Positions 49,101 through 58,190 of a stretch of DNA of 64,000 bases are shown piece by piece; the first letter of the stretch is position 1, and every line of letters starts with the position of its first letter. Made by a program: the position numbers and the translations under genes. The notes under the pieces were generated by a model. It was not told the DNA's origin and did no database searches. It worked only from the letters and a program-made list of their open reading frames with translations. Origin of the DNA: Polyangiales bacterium (GTDB lineage: Bacteria > Myxococcota_A > Polyangia > Polyangiales > Ga0077539). The stretch lies in contig JBGARZ010000007.1 of assembly GCA_044229975.1 (NCBI GenBank), positions 160,001 through 224,000 on the forward strand. Reading direction: 5' to 3'.

Positions 49101-50614
49101 CCGGAACGGGCAAGTCGCAGACGCTCGCCGCCCTCATCGATGAGTTCATCCTGCGTGCGAGCGGGGACGTGCGCGTGCTGGTGACGGCGTTTTCGTACGA
49201 CGCCATGACGGTGCTGGCGAAGAAGCTGCTGGAGCACACCGACGCCCACGGACAGCCCACGAAGGCCGCACGGATTCCGTTGGTGTACGTCGTGTCGGAA
49301 GACCGCGAGATGCCCGTCGAGGGGCCCACGGTGCACCGCATGGAGTTCTCGGGCTCGTCGGTCGTCGTCGACGGACAGCGCCTCGGGCGCAGCGGCGGGC
49401 GTCGGCTGGAGGACGTGCTGCCGCCGTCGTTCGTGATGATGGCCAACGCGCACGCGCTCTTCAAGCTGACGAAGCCCAGCGAGTCGAAGAGCCAGCGGTC
49501 GATGTTCGTGCACGACGATTTCGGCTTCGACCTCGTCATCGTCGACGAGGCGTCGCAGCTCCCGACCGACCACTTCCTCGCGGCCTCCGAGGCGCTGCTG
49601 CCGGGGGCGGTGACGCTGCGCTACGACGAGGCGACGCCCGACTACGAGCGCCCGGTGCCGCGGTTGTTGGAGGCGATGAGCGCGGCGACGTTGCCGGCAC
49701 GCATGACCCGCGTGGTGGTGGTGGGCGATCAGCACCAGCTCCCGCCGGTGCAGCCGGTGAAGCCGCCGCGCAAGCTGCGCAAGGTGCTGGGGAGCCTCTT
49801 CCACTACCTCATTGAAGGGCACCGGCTGCCGACGCATCAGCTCCAGGTGAACTACCGCGCCACCGACACGCTGGTGGACTACACCCGCACGCTCGGCATC
49901 TACGACGAGCTCTTCGCGTTTCGGAAGGAGCGCCCATATGAGCCATTGCCCGCGGTGCCGGAGGCGGTGACGAGCGCGTGGGTGCGGGCGGTGCTCGACC
50001 CGGTGGGGGATGTGCACGCGCTCATCCACGAGCGCGAGGGAGAGCGGGCGACGAGCCCGTTGGAGTCGGCGCTGGCGGCGGAGGTGGTGGCGGCGTTCTT
50101 TGGGCAGATGGCGGTGGGGAGCGCGGCGGAGGAGCGGGCGTTCTGGGCGGAGCACGTCGGGGTGGTGGCGCCGCACAACGCGCAGGGGCGGCAGATCATC
50201 CGGGATGTGAAGGCGAGGCTCGCGGGGGAGGGGACCGCGCGGCGGAGCTACCTGGACGACGTGGAGCTCGATCGGTGTCTGCGGCAGACGGTGTACTCGG
50301 TGGAGAAGTTCCAGGGGTCCGACCGGACGTTCATCGTGGCGTCGATGGGGGTGTCGGCGCGAGATCAGCTCGCGGCGGAGGAGGAGTTCATCTACGGGCT
50401 CAACCGCTTCAACGTGCTGACCTCGCGGGCGAAGCAGAAGATGCTGCTGCTGTGCAGTCGGGCCTTTCTGGAGCACATCCCGGGCGACCGCGATGTGATG
50501 GCGTGCGCGTCGCGCATCAGGGCGTACGCGGTGGACTTCTGCGAGCGCGAGGCAGCGGTGACGGTGAGCAACGAGCGCGGCGAGCCGGAGCGGGTGAGCT
50601 GGAGACGGCGGTGA
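46118..50614 (+). CDS. Dna2-like protein: Cas4/RecB-type PD-(D/E)xK nuclease fused to an SF1 (Upf1/Dna2-like) helicase
   Basis: N-terminal Cys plus RPD...IIDVK...ELLFY plus CGTCHYLNDC; QGPPGTGKS, IVDEASQ, GDQHQLPP, NYR, VEKFQG and FNVLTSRAK motifs. Confidence 0.85.
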   Translation: MARLNKIAFKHYVETGCDRRLLWDVAEADPDWLSPYRELVPPAFERRDAARLGHVWEQRVYKALRQLPGAHAELDRADNVTTTRLDPATLRSLADAARVTPQILLEHEAAAPESFYRFLLGASANGPLAVSLPEQGMRPDVLIVSAADDTLRREVMPDGRLRTLPPAERAVRLALRIIDVKHTSEHGVGRSHFVELLFYAHGLSHWLRVHALEDRFFVAADGHGILPFADDPFAGLTLARVTHELVVPLVWDDTRVLFERVRDRVRELGLARPHDPDAVPVRVQPACGTCHYLNDCKISLERGSTDPGDWDLRLIPYTSPAIAELLRSQEHLDTVRDVATRLVAHPAVTGYDPLYAERPMLRLRARALVERTRVPAHSLDLGGQRHLSMALPKYSDITLLVDLEADPTHDVVFGAALRLEIGCAPTAVYRPVYERWWSQLRPLVESDLAPAALGKAVAALRSSLDEDFLKAAGSTPTVDALLTEAGTALGLLRDGGKLTFVDPKDSADATLRVRWTWQYVAGDVDPLEEFELAKDLLQQLSACVMLGNAMESLVGAAVPRQGAEGRGYVSAQSPSLAVFYWSDDQVDNAQDMLERQVHRINADATLRRRFEELLQWLAPSESGVVHASRHQKLFNLRAFVETTQGLPHVINCTWHELLTSEFGWSVSHQFWAPHFNYMDHATWHAAIEEGNQNKRAQRLARIGEQLDVKLQGVDRILGLVRREMRDELVLREATAVRRMREGLRVGDLHAIARTWYMFQKLSATAGQLKADDARYSYPSKGIGRLTAAEVSGLAVFAPDAEHEHGGVTFELRGMSAEVRFKEGDHVLLVPESKRAFASLDEWKLELETMRYDAAQRCYRCVAAARDKRFVTAVGAVDDAESVYLYPTASDLWSGRLLDNKDGLLRRWSWRAGHSWLGHRASYLMGLNADAALPAPASLTFSAAEAYVFAPALLPAGRIDAGDPLRTTVSPPPDASQEAAIRAALGSTITCLQGPPGTGKSQTLAALIDEFILRASGDVRVLVTAFSYDAMTVLAKKLLEHTDAHGQPTKAARIPLVYVVSEDREMPVEGPTVHRMEFSGSSVVVDGQRLGRSGGRRLEDVLPPSFVMMANAHALFKLTKPSESKSQRSMFVHDDFGFDLVIVDEASQLPTDHFLAASEALLPGAVTLRYDEATPDYERPVPRLLEAMSAATLPARMTRVVVVGDQHQLPPVQPVKPPRKLRKVLGSLFHYLIEGHRLPTHQLQVNYRATDTLVDYTRTLGIYDELFAFRKERPYEPLPAVPEAVTSAWVRAVLDPVGDVHALIHEREGERATSPLESALAAEVVAAFFGQMAVGSAAEERAFWAEHVGVVAPHNAQGRQIIRDVKARLAGEGTARRSYLDDVELDRCLRQTVYSVEKFQGSDRTFIVASMGVSARDQLAAEEEFIYGLNRFNVLTSRAKQKMLLLCSRAFLEHIPGDRDVMACASRIRAYAVDFCEREAAVTVSNERGEPERVSWRRR

Positions 50615-51285
50615 AGATCTCGTTTCGCTACAAGGTCGCTGGGGACGATGGCTGGCGGTCGCGGCCGATCACGCCCGAGGAGTACTTCGAGCCCTTGTTC
50701 GAAGAGGAGCGCCCTTTCGAGTGGGATGACGTCCCCGATCGTCTCTCTCCAGACGAGTATCTCGACGTCGCAACGGAGAGGGACCTGGCGACAGAGGTGC
50801 GGATCTGGGACCCGGACGACAAGCTCCAACTCGTGGTGCGGGAGGTCTTCTGGGCACGTCGGCGACACCATGTGACCCATCGCGTCGAAGAGGGGCTGGA
50901 GTTGCTGATCGTTCAGGTCCTCGTGAAGGGAGAACCGAACGTCTGGCACACGGTTCGTCTCAACCATCACCCCGATGGGCAGGGGTTTCTCGAGCATCTC
51001 CAGGCCATCGAGGACGGGCGGCGTCAGTTTGAGGGCCCTTGCATCAAGACGGATGCGCCGCCTTCCCGGCGCGTCTCGTGGCACGAGGGAAGGAGCGAGT
51101 GTCTCCTCGACTCGGACGAGCAGTCTTTCGGCTGCACGCTGCGCGTCCTGACGTCCGAATCACCCGACGAGTGGGAGGTCGTCGACGCGCGGTTCCGCTC
51201 GGAGGGAGGCGCTCGCGTCGAGCATCGGACCGGGGGTCGGCGGGACGCCGCGGCGCCTTGCGGGATCACCGTCGTCGAGATGTGA
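50611..51285 (+). CDS. Hypothetical acidic protein translationally coupled to the helicase gene
   Basis: GTGA start/stop overlap; visibly more A/T-ending codons than neighbours. Confidence 0.6.
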   Translation: MKISFRYKVAGDDGWRSRPITPEEYFEPLFEEERPFEWDDVPDRLSPDEYLDVATERDLATEVRIWDPDDKLQLVVREVFWARRRHHVTHRVEEGLELLIVQVLVKGEPNVWHTVRLNHHPDGQGFLEHLQAIEDGRRQFEGPCIKTDAPPSRRVSWHEGRSECLLDSDEQSFGCTLRVLTSESPDEWEVVDARFRSEGGARVEHRTGGRRDAAAPCGITVVEM

Positions 51286-51374
51286 TCGGCTCGCGAGAGC
51301 AGGAGTGTCGGCAGGGCGGCTGCTCTTGTTCAAGCGGTTGGCGAGGTTGGCGGTGCCCTGCGGAGGACGCCGAG

Positions 51375-51680
51375 TTCTCCTCCGCTTCCAACGTAGGGCA
51401 GCTCGCCGCGTCCACGCCGGAGTTCACCGTGCTGCCCTCGCGCTCGTCACGCTCGGTTCACTCCGGGCTATTTCACGAGGATCGCCCCGCCTGAAGCGGG
51501 GCTCAGAAGTACCTTGTGGAGGCATTCAGTTGGATGAAAGCGCTTGGACGGAGCCCCGCTTCAGGCGGGGTGATCCTCGTGAAATAGCCCGGAGTGAACC
51601 GGGCGCGACGGGCGCGGGGGCGGCACGGTGAACTCCGGCGTGGACGCGGCGAGCTGCCCTACGTTGGAAGCGGAGGAGAA
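51375..51680. repeat. Long inverted-repeat element (family A), 130-bp arms, 46-nt spacer
   Basis: 51375-51504 pairs with 51551-51680 with a few transitions. Confidence 0.95.
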
Positions 51681-51811
51681 ATCGGTGTCCTGACGATGCT
51701 CTGGACCGTCGGCTCCGCGGCCGCTCAATCCATGCGCCACAGCTCCTCGTTGATGCGTCGGTCGTACTCGTCGCCGCTCGCTTCGGCCGCGAGCCTACCG
51801 CACCCGCCGCG

Positions 51812-52566
51812 TCAGAACGTCCCGAGCAGCAAGAGCCCCGCCGACCTCCCGAGGAGCGACGGGGCGACGGTCCAGTGCGCGGACCCGGACCCGCGCGATG
51901 CGTCGACGCGGTCGAGGACGATCGTGCTGACGATGTGGCTCGTCGTCGCGGCGAGCGAGAGACCCGCGAGCGAGTACAGTGCGATCGCCTCCTCGTCGTG
52001 GTCGGCCGTGACCGCGAGCGCGACGCTGCCCACGGTCGCGAGGCCCCCGTAGATCGCGGAGACGACCATCGCGCCCGTCGTGTTGGTGCGTCGGCCCCAG
52101 GTGAGCCCCACGTGCACGACGGTGAACGCGGTCACCGCGGAGACGCGCCGATCCACGGGTCGCGCGGGCGTGCGCCGAGGCCGCCGTACCCCAGGCCGGC
52201 CATGCCCCAGTACGTTGCCGCCAAGAGCGTTGCCGGGAACGCGGCCTCCCCCATGGCGGGCTGGGTACGGCCGATGAGCCCCATCCAATACAGCGACGCG
52301 ATGCCCACGCCGGTGCCAAACGTCGCGTACACAGCGGAGGCGGCAAGCGACGGGCGCTCGTCGTTCGCGAACTCCACGGCCGACACGACGTAGGGCGTGA
52401 GGCTCAGCGCGGTCAGCTCAAGCAGGAAGGTGCCGCCGATCACCGCCCCGGCGGTCCCGTACACCACGGCGCCGATTCCGTGCGCGTGCGCGATGCTCGG
52501 GTGAGCCGCAAGCGACGCCAGGACCATCACACCCACCAGGCCGCTCCGGAGGCGCGTCATGGGCAT
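51812..52566 (-). pseudogene. Hypothetical membrane protein, frameshifted near 52146
   Basis: Signal peptide and hydrophobic frame ends at PWIGASPR*; an adjacent frame continues VSAVTAFTVV... to 51812. Confidence 0.5.
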
Positions 52567-52592
52567 TGATGATCGCACGCTGGAGCGACCGG

Positions 52593-53046
52593 TCAGAGTG
52601 CGAGCGTCATGAAGACGCTGTTGGGGTCGGGGCGGTAGTGCGCGTAGGGCCCGCACTCGACGAAGCCGTGTCGGCGGTAGAGCGCGATCGCCGGGTGGAA
52701 GTACGCCATCGACCCGGTCTCCAGACTGAGCCGGGTGTGACCCCGCTCCGTGGCCGTCGCGATGATGTGTCGCAGCAGCGCCGCGCCCACGCCGCGTCCG
52801 CGCGCAGCTTCGGCGGTGTGCATCGACTTCACCTCGCCGTGGTCGGGCGCGAACGCGTGCAGCGCGCCGATGCCGAGGAGCGCGTCGCCCTCCCACGCGG
52901 CCCACAGCGTGATGGACGGGATGCGGAGGCCGGAGAGGTCGAGCGCGTGGGCGCTGCCGGGCGGGGACGCCGCGCGCGCGGGTGAAGTGGACGCGCAGCA
53001 GGTCGATGATGCGCGGGTCGTCGAGGTCGGCGGGGAGGATGTTCAC
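52593..53046 (-). pseudogene. GNAT acetyltransferase (YedL-like), frameshifted in a (CG)n run near 52975
   Basis: MNILPADLDDPRIIDLLRVH in one frame; SPPGSAHALDL...EVKSMHT..ARGRGVG...SLETGS in another. Confidence 0.8.
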
Positions 53047-53053
53047 GGGGCGA

Positions 53054-54043
53054 TCATCGCGCAGGTCGCGACGAACGGACGCGGGCCAGTTCGACGAGCA
53101 ACGCCTCGGCTCTCGGGTCGGTCTTCGCGAGCAGCGTCAGCTTCGCGACGGCGACCTCGGGCAACGCCCTGTTGTTCAGGATCCCCTGATTGAACCAGTA
53201 GTAGATGTGTCGATGGATCACGGGCCGCTCTTCGTCGAGGAGTGCGAGCGCCTCGTTCACATACCTCTCGTAATAGTTGAGCAGCCAGGGAAACTCCGCT
53301 TTCGCGGCCACGGCCTCGCCTGACGCGACGATGCCGTCCCGAGCCTCGATCGCGGCCGCGCGGACCTTCTTGCTGCGGTCGCCTGCGAGCGTTTCGAGCG
53401 TCGCGAGCGCAGGCGCCAGGCGCTCCGCCGCGTTGAGCGTGTAGTGGCCGACGTGATCGAGCATGGTCGCGCCGAGAAGGCGCACCTTGGCGTCGTCATC
53501 GGTGCAGAGATCGAGGATGTCGTCGATCGACTCCGCCCCGACGCCATCCAGCAAGATGTGCCAGTCGTTGCCCCTGCGCATCATCTGCAGCCACTGCGAC
53601 ACCGACCATAGCGAGATCATCGCTTCATCGGCTTTCGCCGCGGCCAACGGCGCTTCGAGGCGCAGCGCGACCTTCTCGCCGCCATCCAGCCAATCGAAGC
53701 GGAAGCCCAGGGTCACGAGCGTATCCTCCACGCTCGCCTTCAACTCGCCCTTCCATTGCCCCTGCGCGAGCACCTTGATGCTCGGGTAGAGGTCGTTGTC
53801 GACGTTGGTCGTCACGAGGTAGGTGCGTCTCTTCGATGTCTTCGAGAGCGCCATCGCGAGTGCACTTGCGTCCACCCTTTCCGATCCTGGCTCTTCATCG
53901 ATGATCGCGACATATCCCTTGTCGCCGTCGAACAACGCCCACGGGCGGTCGTCCTCGGGATCCTGTCGGGTGACCTTCAAGATCGTCGGTTCGAGCCGCT
54001 TCACGCTGCCAGGAGCGAGGACGATCCAGTAGGGCAGGTCCAT
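53054..54043 (-). CDS. Hypothetical protein with HEAT-like C-terminal repeats
   Basis: DDDAKVRLLGA and DRSKKVRAAA motifs; atypical codon usage. Confidence 0.6.
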   Translation of the reverse strand: MDLPYWIVLAPGSVKRLEPTILKVTRQDPEDDRPWALFDGDKGYVAIIDEEPGSERVDASALAMALSKTSKRRTYLVTTNVDNDLYPSIKVLAQGQWKGELKASVEDTLVTLGFRFDWLDGGEKVALRLEAPLAAAKADEAMISLWSVSQWLQMMRRGNDWHILLDGVGAESIDDILDLCTDDDAKVRLLGATMLDHVGHYTLNAAERLAPALATLETLAGDRSKKVRAAAIEARDGIVASGEAVAAKAEFPWLLNYYERYVNEALALLDEERPVIHRHIYYWFNQGILNNRALPEVAVAKLTLLAKTDPRAEALLVELARVRSSRPAR

Positions 54044-54280
54044 GCGGGGACGGTAGGCCGTCCCCGCTGTCGCCGAACAGCGAACCCGACGTCAGCCCGC
54101 GCCGCGCCATCGTGTGCCGCGCCTCGTCCAGCGGTACCGCGAAGGTCTGCGCCCGCACCGCCGGCGCGACGAGCGTGAGGGAGAGCGTCAGGGCGAGAGC
54201 GTGTGGTCGCATGGTGGGCCAACCTCGTGCTCGCCGCGCTACTGGCAATCCTCCGATCTTGTCGCGCCTCGACGACCGGC

Positions 54281-55369
54281 TCAGGGTGCTCCGCCCTCCG
54301 TCAGCGCACGCATCAGGTCGACGGCCGAGCGGTGCACCAGGTTGGGCGCGATCTGTCCGCTCCACAGCGAGATCACATCGGAGCGCCCCGCCGACGCGGC
54401 CGCCGCCTTCAGGTGCCCGGCGATCCAGCTCTGGATGGGAAACGGCGGCAGCTCCGGCACGCGGCGATGCACCTCGCGCGTCCAGCGGTTGACGATGCCT
54501 CGCGCCAGTCGCCCGGTGAACGACCGCGTCAGCACCGTCTCACGCGCGTCGGCGCTGAAGAGCTTCTCGCGATGCGCCGGTGACGCGCCCGACTCCACGC
54601 ACGCCAGAAACGCCGTCCCGATCTGCACCGCGTCGGCGCCCAGCATCCGCGCCGCGGCCACACCACGGGCGTCGCACACGCCTCCCGCCGCGATGACTGG
54701 CGCCTTCACCCGCGGGGCCACGAGCTGCGTGAGCGCGAAGGTCCCCGTGAGGTTGTCCTCCGCGCTCCCGATGAACGACACCCGATGACCGCCCGCCTCC
54801 ATGCCCGTCGCGACGATGGCGTCGACGCCCGCCGCGTCGAGGGCCTCGGCCTCCGCGAGCGTGGTCGCCGTCCCGACGGTGACGATGTGCCTGCGCCGAC
54901 ACTCCGCGAGCACGGCCGCCGAGGGGATGCCGTACACGAAGCTGAACACCGGCGGCGCCGCGGCGAGTAGCGCCTCGATCTGCTCGTCGAAGGGGTGATG
55001 GAAGCGCGCGGGCAGCGCGGGCAGCGGGACGCCGAGCTCGTCGAAGTAGGGCGCGAGAACCTCCAGCGCGCGGGCATACACGTCGGGGGCGATGGCGAGC
55101 CCGCCGGGGTCGTGGTCGTTGACCCAGAGGTTGATGTTGAAGGGGCCGTCGGTCGCCGCGCGCAGCTCTGCGACGAGGGGGCCGATGCGCTCGGCGGGGA
55201 GGTTCACCGCGCCGAAGGAACCCAACGCCCCGAGGGACGACACCGTCGCTGCGAGCGCGACGCGGGAGAGCCCGCCGCCGAAGGGCCCCTGTACGATCGG
55301 GTGTCGCAACCCGAGCATCTGCGCCAGCCGCGACGAACCCGCTTTGCTCTCCCCGTGACTCGACACCAT
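54281..55369 (-). CDS. Nitronate monooxygenase family flavoprotein
   Basis: PIVQGP, EAGGHR, IAAGG, VQIGTAF and FTGRLARG motifs. Confidence 0.92.
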   Translation of the reverse strand: MVSSHGESKAGSSRLAQMLGLRHPIVQGPFGGGLSRVALAATVSSLGALGSFGAVNLPAERIGPLVAELRAATDGPFNINLWVNDHDPGGLAIAPDVYARALEVLAPYFDELGVPLPALPARFHHPFDEQIEALLAAAPPVFSFVYGIPSAAVLAECRRRHIVTVGTATTLAEAEALDAAGVDAIVATGMEAGGHRVSFIGSAEDNLTGTFALTQLVAPRVKAPVIAAGGVCDARGVAAARMLGADAVQIGTAFLACVESGASPAHREKLFSADARETVLTRSFTGRLARGIVNRWTREVHRRVPELPPFPIQSWIAGHLKAAAASAGRSDVISLWSGQIAPNLVHRSAVDLMRALTEGGAP

Positions 55370-55412
55370 CGCTCACCTCCGCCCGCGGTCTGTGCGGGCG
55401 AGGGATGCTCCG

Positions 55413-55922
55413 CTACCGTCGGCGCTGGCGCATCATCGTTCGGGCGAACTCGCCGTTGGAGGCGTTGAACGACGTGTAGTTGGGCCTGGCCGGTTGGCCC
55501 GTCAGCTCGACGCGGATGAACTCCTCGGCGCGCGTGCAGGTGAACACGAACTTCTGATCCCACGCCGTGCGCGCGATGCTGGTCGGCGAGAGCGTGTATC
55601 CCCCCTGCTCGCAGGCCCGGCGGCTGTCGATGAGCAGCTCCAGCACGTTGCGCTCGGCGCCGCCTTCGATGAAGTCCGGCGACGTCGGTCGCAGACGAAC
55701 GCCCGGGATGGCTGGTATCCACCGCGGCCAGCGTGGGTCGACGGCGGGCGCTGCCGGGGCCGCCGCGGGGGCGGCTGCCGCAGAGGGCATCGCGGGCTGC
55801 ACCGCGGGCGGGGTCGCCGTGGCGGTCGCGGTGGGGTTGGCGCTGCTCTCAGCGCGCTTGCATCCGCCCGCGAGGGCGAGGGTCGCGACGAGGGCATACG
55901 AGATGGTGGTGGGCTTGTTCAC
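55413..55922 (-). CDS. Hypothetical lipoprotein
   Basis: LAGGC lipobox; Ala/Pro linker. Confidence 0.6.
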   Translation of the reverse strand: MNKPTTISYALVATLALAGGCKRAESSANPTATATATPPAVQPAMPSAAAAPAAAPAAPAVDPRWPRWIPAIPGVRLRPTSPDFIEGGAERNVLELLIDSRRACEQGGYTLSPTSIARTAWDQKFVFTCTRAEEFIRVELTGQPARPNYTSFNASNGEFARTMMRQRRR

Positions 55923-56014
55923 GAGGGGCCTCCGATGCGAGGCACCACACCACGCCGCGCTGAAAGGCCCGCCTCAAGCGCCCTCAAGGAGCCTCAAGGA
56001 CGGGCGCGAGCCCG

Positions 56015-58099
56015 CTACAGCACGCACCCCGGCGGGCTCGCGGTCGAGCCGTTCACCAGCACCTGGAGCTGCACCCGCTCGCGCTCCCAGAAGCACAGCG
56101 AGTTCGCATAGAACAAATACCCATGCTGATACAGCGTCGGGTTGCGCCCGCGCGTGACCAGCCGCTCTGCGTCCGGCCAGTGCAGCGCCGCGTGCCTCCG
56201 CGCCACCACCGCTCGCCCCTCCGCCACCAGCGCGTCCAGTTGCGCCACCAGCGCCGGCGCCACTCCCTCGCGGCCGCCCTCTCCGAAGCGCAGCGCCGCC
56301 TCCCACGCCACCGCCGCGAAGCGCACGCGCAGCGCGTCCACCGCCACGCCGTCACGCACCTCCGCCATCCACGGGTCGCTCAGGTCGGCGCCGCTCGCCG
56401 TCACCGCCGCGAGCACCGCCTCGGTGTCCGTCGCGTGCTGTTGCAACGGCGTCAACACGTCGCGCACGAAGGCCGCCCGCCCCGCCGCGTCGAGCGCCGC
56501 CACCGCCGCGAACGCCGGCCGCCGCGGCTGCGCCACGATGCCGAGCCCTTCGCCCGCGTCGAGCACCGCCTCGCGCCCGGCCACGTACGGTCCGAGTCCG
56601 TGGGTGATGAGCGCGTCGTACTGGAGGTCGCCCAGCCGCGTGACCTGCCGCGCCACGATGCGCCCGCCCTCGCCCCACGGCGAGAAGAACTCCTCCATCA
56701 CATCGCCCCACCGCGGGGGTAGGTGATAGCCCATGCGCAGCACGGCGGCGTCGGTCTGCCAGTAGCCCCACTCCCACCCCGACGAGAACAGGCTGTGCTC
56801 GGTGAGCTCGCCGAAGCCACCGGCGCGGGCCGTCGCGCGCAGCCCGGCGAGGTCGTCGAAGCGCGCCCGGATATACACCGGCAGGTACGTCGGAACGCTG
56901 TTGTCGAAGGCCACCCAGTACGCCGACTCGGGGTGGTAGATGACCCGTTGCCCGGCGCGCAGTCGCTCCACGAGATACTCGCGGTGCTCGTCGAAGTTCT
57001 CGTGCCGGTACGCTCCGCCCGCGGGGCCAGAGAGCGGGTAGTACATCACCGTGTGCACCGACGGGACGATGCTCGGGTCGGCGTAGCGCACGAGGAAGTA
57101 GTAGAGCTGCGAGCGCCCCTGGTACTCGACGCGCAGCTCCTCCGAGTTGCCCACGTGGATGGTCGCCGACATCTCCGCCGTCGGTGACAGCTCGCCCACC
57201 ACCGCGCGCGCGTCGTTGACCCGCGCGATGAAGGTCTCCGGCGTGCTGCCCGAGAACTCCCCGAAGGTGAGGTTGATGACGTCCCACGCGACGCCGTCCA
57301 TGAGCACATGCAGGCGCGAGCGCATCTCGGCGCGCGGGTCGGCGACGTCGCGGTCGAGCAGATCAAACGCCCGCTGGAGGTTGCTGCGGCCGAAGAGCTG
57401 GATGCCCACACCGACCCGAACCCCGCGGCGATGCGCGTACTCCACGATGGCGCGGATGTGCGGTCGCCACGCGTCGGCGTTTTCGGCGGAGCGCTGGATG
57501 TCGTCGACGGCGACGACCTGGAGGTAGTTGCCGCGGTTCTTCACGAGCCAGTCGACGACGGACTTCGCGTGGGCGAGCTGACGGTCGCCGGGCGTCCAGA
57601 AGTCGAGCGACTCGATGGGGTGCAGCGTGTGGAGCTGAAGCCCGCGGACGGTCTGCTCCGGCGCGAACTGCGGGCCGAAGGCAGCGGGGTCGGCGGCGTC
57701 GAGGTTGACCTCCCACGGGCGCACCACCACGGTCGGATGGAAGTATCGATACCCGATGGTCTCCAGCAGGTGCGTGAGGCCGTACTGGGCGCCGAGGGCG
57801 TCGCCCGCGTGCACCGCCCAGACGTGGGCGGTGGGGGTGGAGGCGAGGCGTTCGAGGCGGTAGCACTCGCGGCAGGTGAGGTCGTTGAGCACGCGGATGG
57901 TGGGCAGCGCGGTCGACCCGGTCGCGACACCGAGACGCGGGAGCGCCGTCTCGCTGGCGTAGTCACGGAGCGGCGGCAGCCACGCAGCGGGCGCCTCGAC
58001 GCGAAACTCGGGCGACGGCCCGGCGTCGGCGGGCGGCGCAGGAGGCGCGGCGTCGGTGCACGCGGCGAGCAGGAGCGAGGCGAGGAGCGGGCTGCGCAT
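56015..58099 (-). CDS. Large lipoprotein, possibly glycoside hydrolase-like (hexosaminidase domain-2 plus TIM barrel)
   Basis: LAAC lipobox; ECYRL...GDALGAQYG...RGLQLH arrangement resembles GH20-like N-terminal domains. Confidence 0.5.
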   Translation of the reverse strand: MRSPLLASLLLAACTDAAPPAPPADAGPSPEFRVEAPAAWLPPLRDYASETALPRLGVATGSTALPTIRVLNDLTCRECYRLERLASTPTAHVWAVHAGDALGAQYGLTHLLETIGYRYFHPTVVVRPWEVNLDAADPAAFGPQFAPEQTVRGLQLHTLHPIESLDFWTPGDRQLAHAKSVVDWLVKNRGNYLQVVAVDDIQRSAENADAWRPHIRAIVEYAHRRGVRVGVGIQLFGRSNLQRAFDLLDRDVADPRAEMRSRLHVLMDGVAWDVINLTFGEFSGSTPETFIARVNDARAVVGELSPTAEMSATIHVGNSEELRVEYQGRSQLYYFLVRYADPSIVPSVHTVMYYPLSGPAGGAYRHENFDEHREYLVERLRAGQRVIYHPESAYWVAFDNSVPTYLPVYIRARFDDLAGLRATARAGGFGELTEHSLFSSGWEWGYWQTDAAVLRMGYHLPPRWGDVMEEFFSPWGEGGRIVARQVTRLGDLQYDALITHGLGPYVAGREAVLDAGEGLGIVAQPRRPAFAAVAALDAAGRAAFVRDVLTPLQQHATDTEAVLAAVTASGADLSDPWMAEVRDGVAVDALRVRFAAVAWEAALRFGEGGREGVAPALVAQLDALVAEGRAVVARRHAALHWPDAERLVTRGRNPTLYQHGYLFYANSLCFWERERVQLQVLVNGSTASPPGCVL

Positions 58100-58190
58100 C
58101 GTCGCGCAGCGTACCAGCGGACGGCAGAGCAGGTGATCGGCGCGACGGACGGGCTTGCGCGTGAGCGCGGCATCGGGCTGAAGTGCGACG

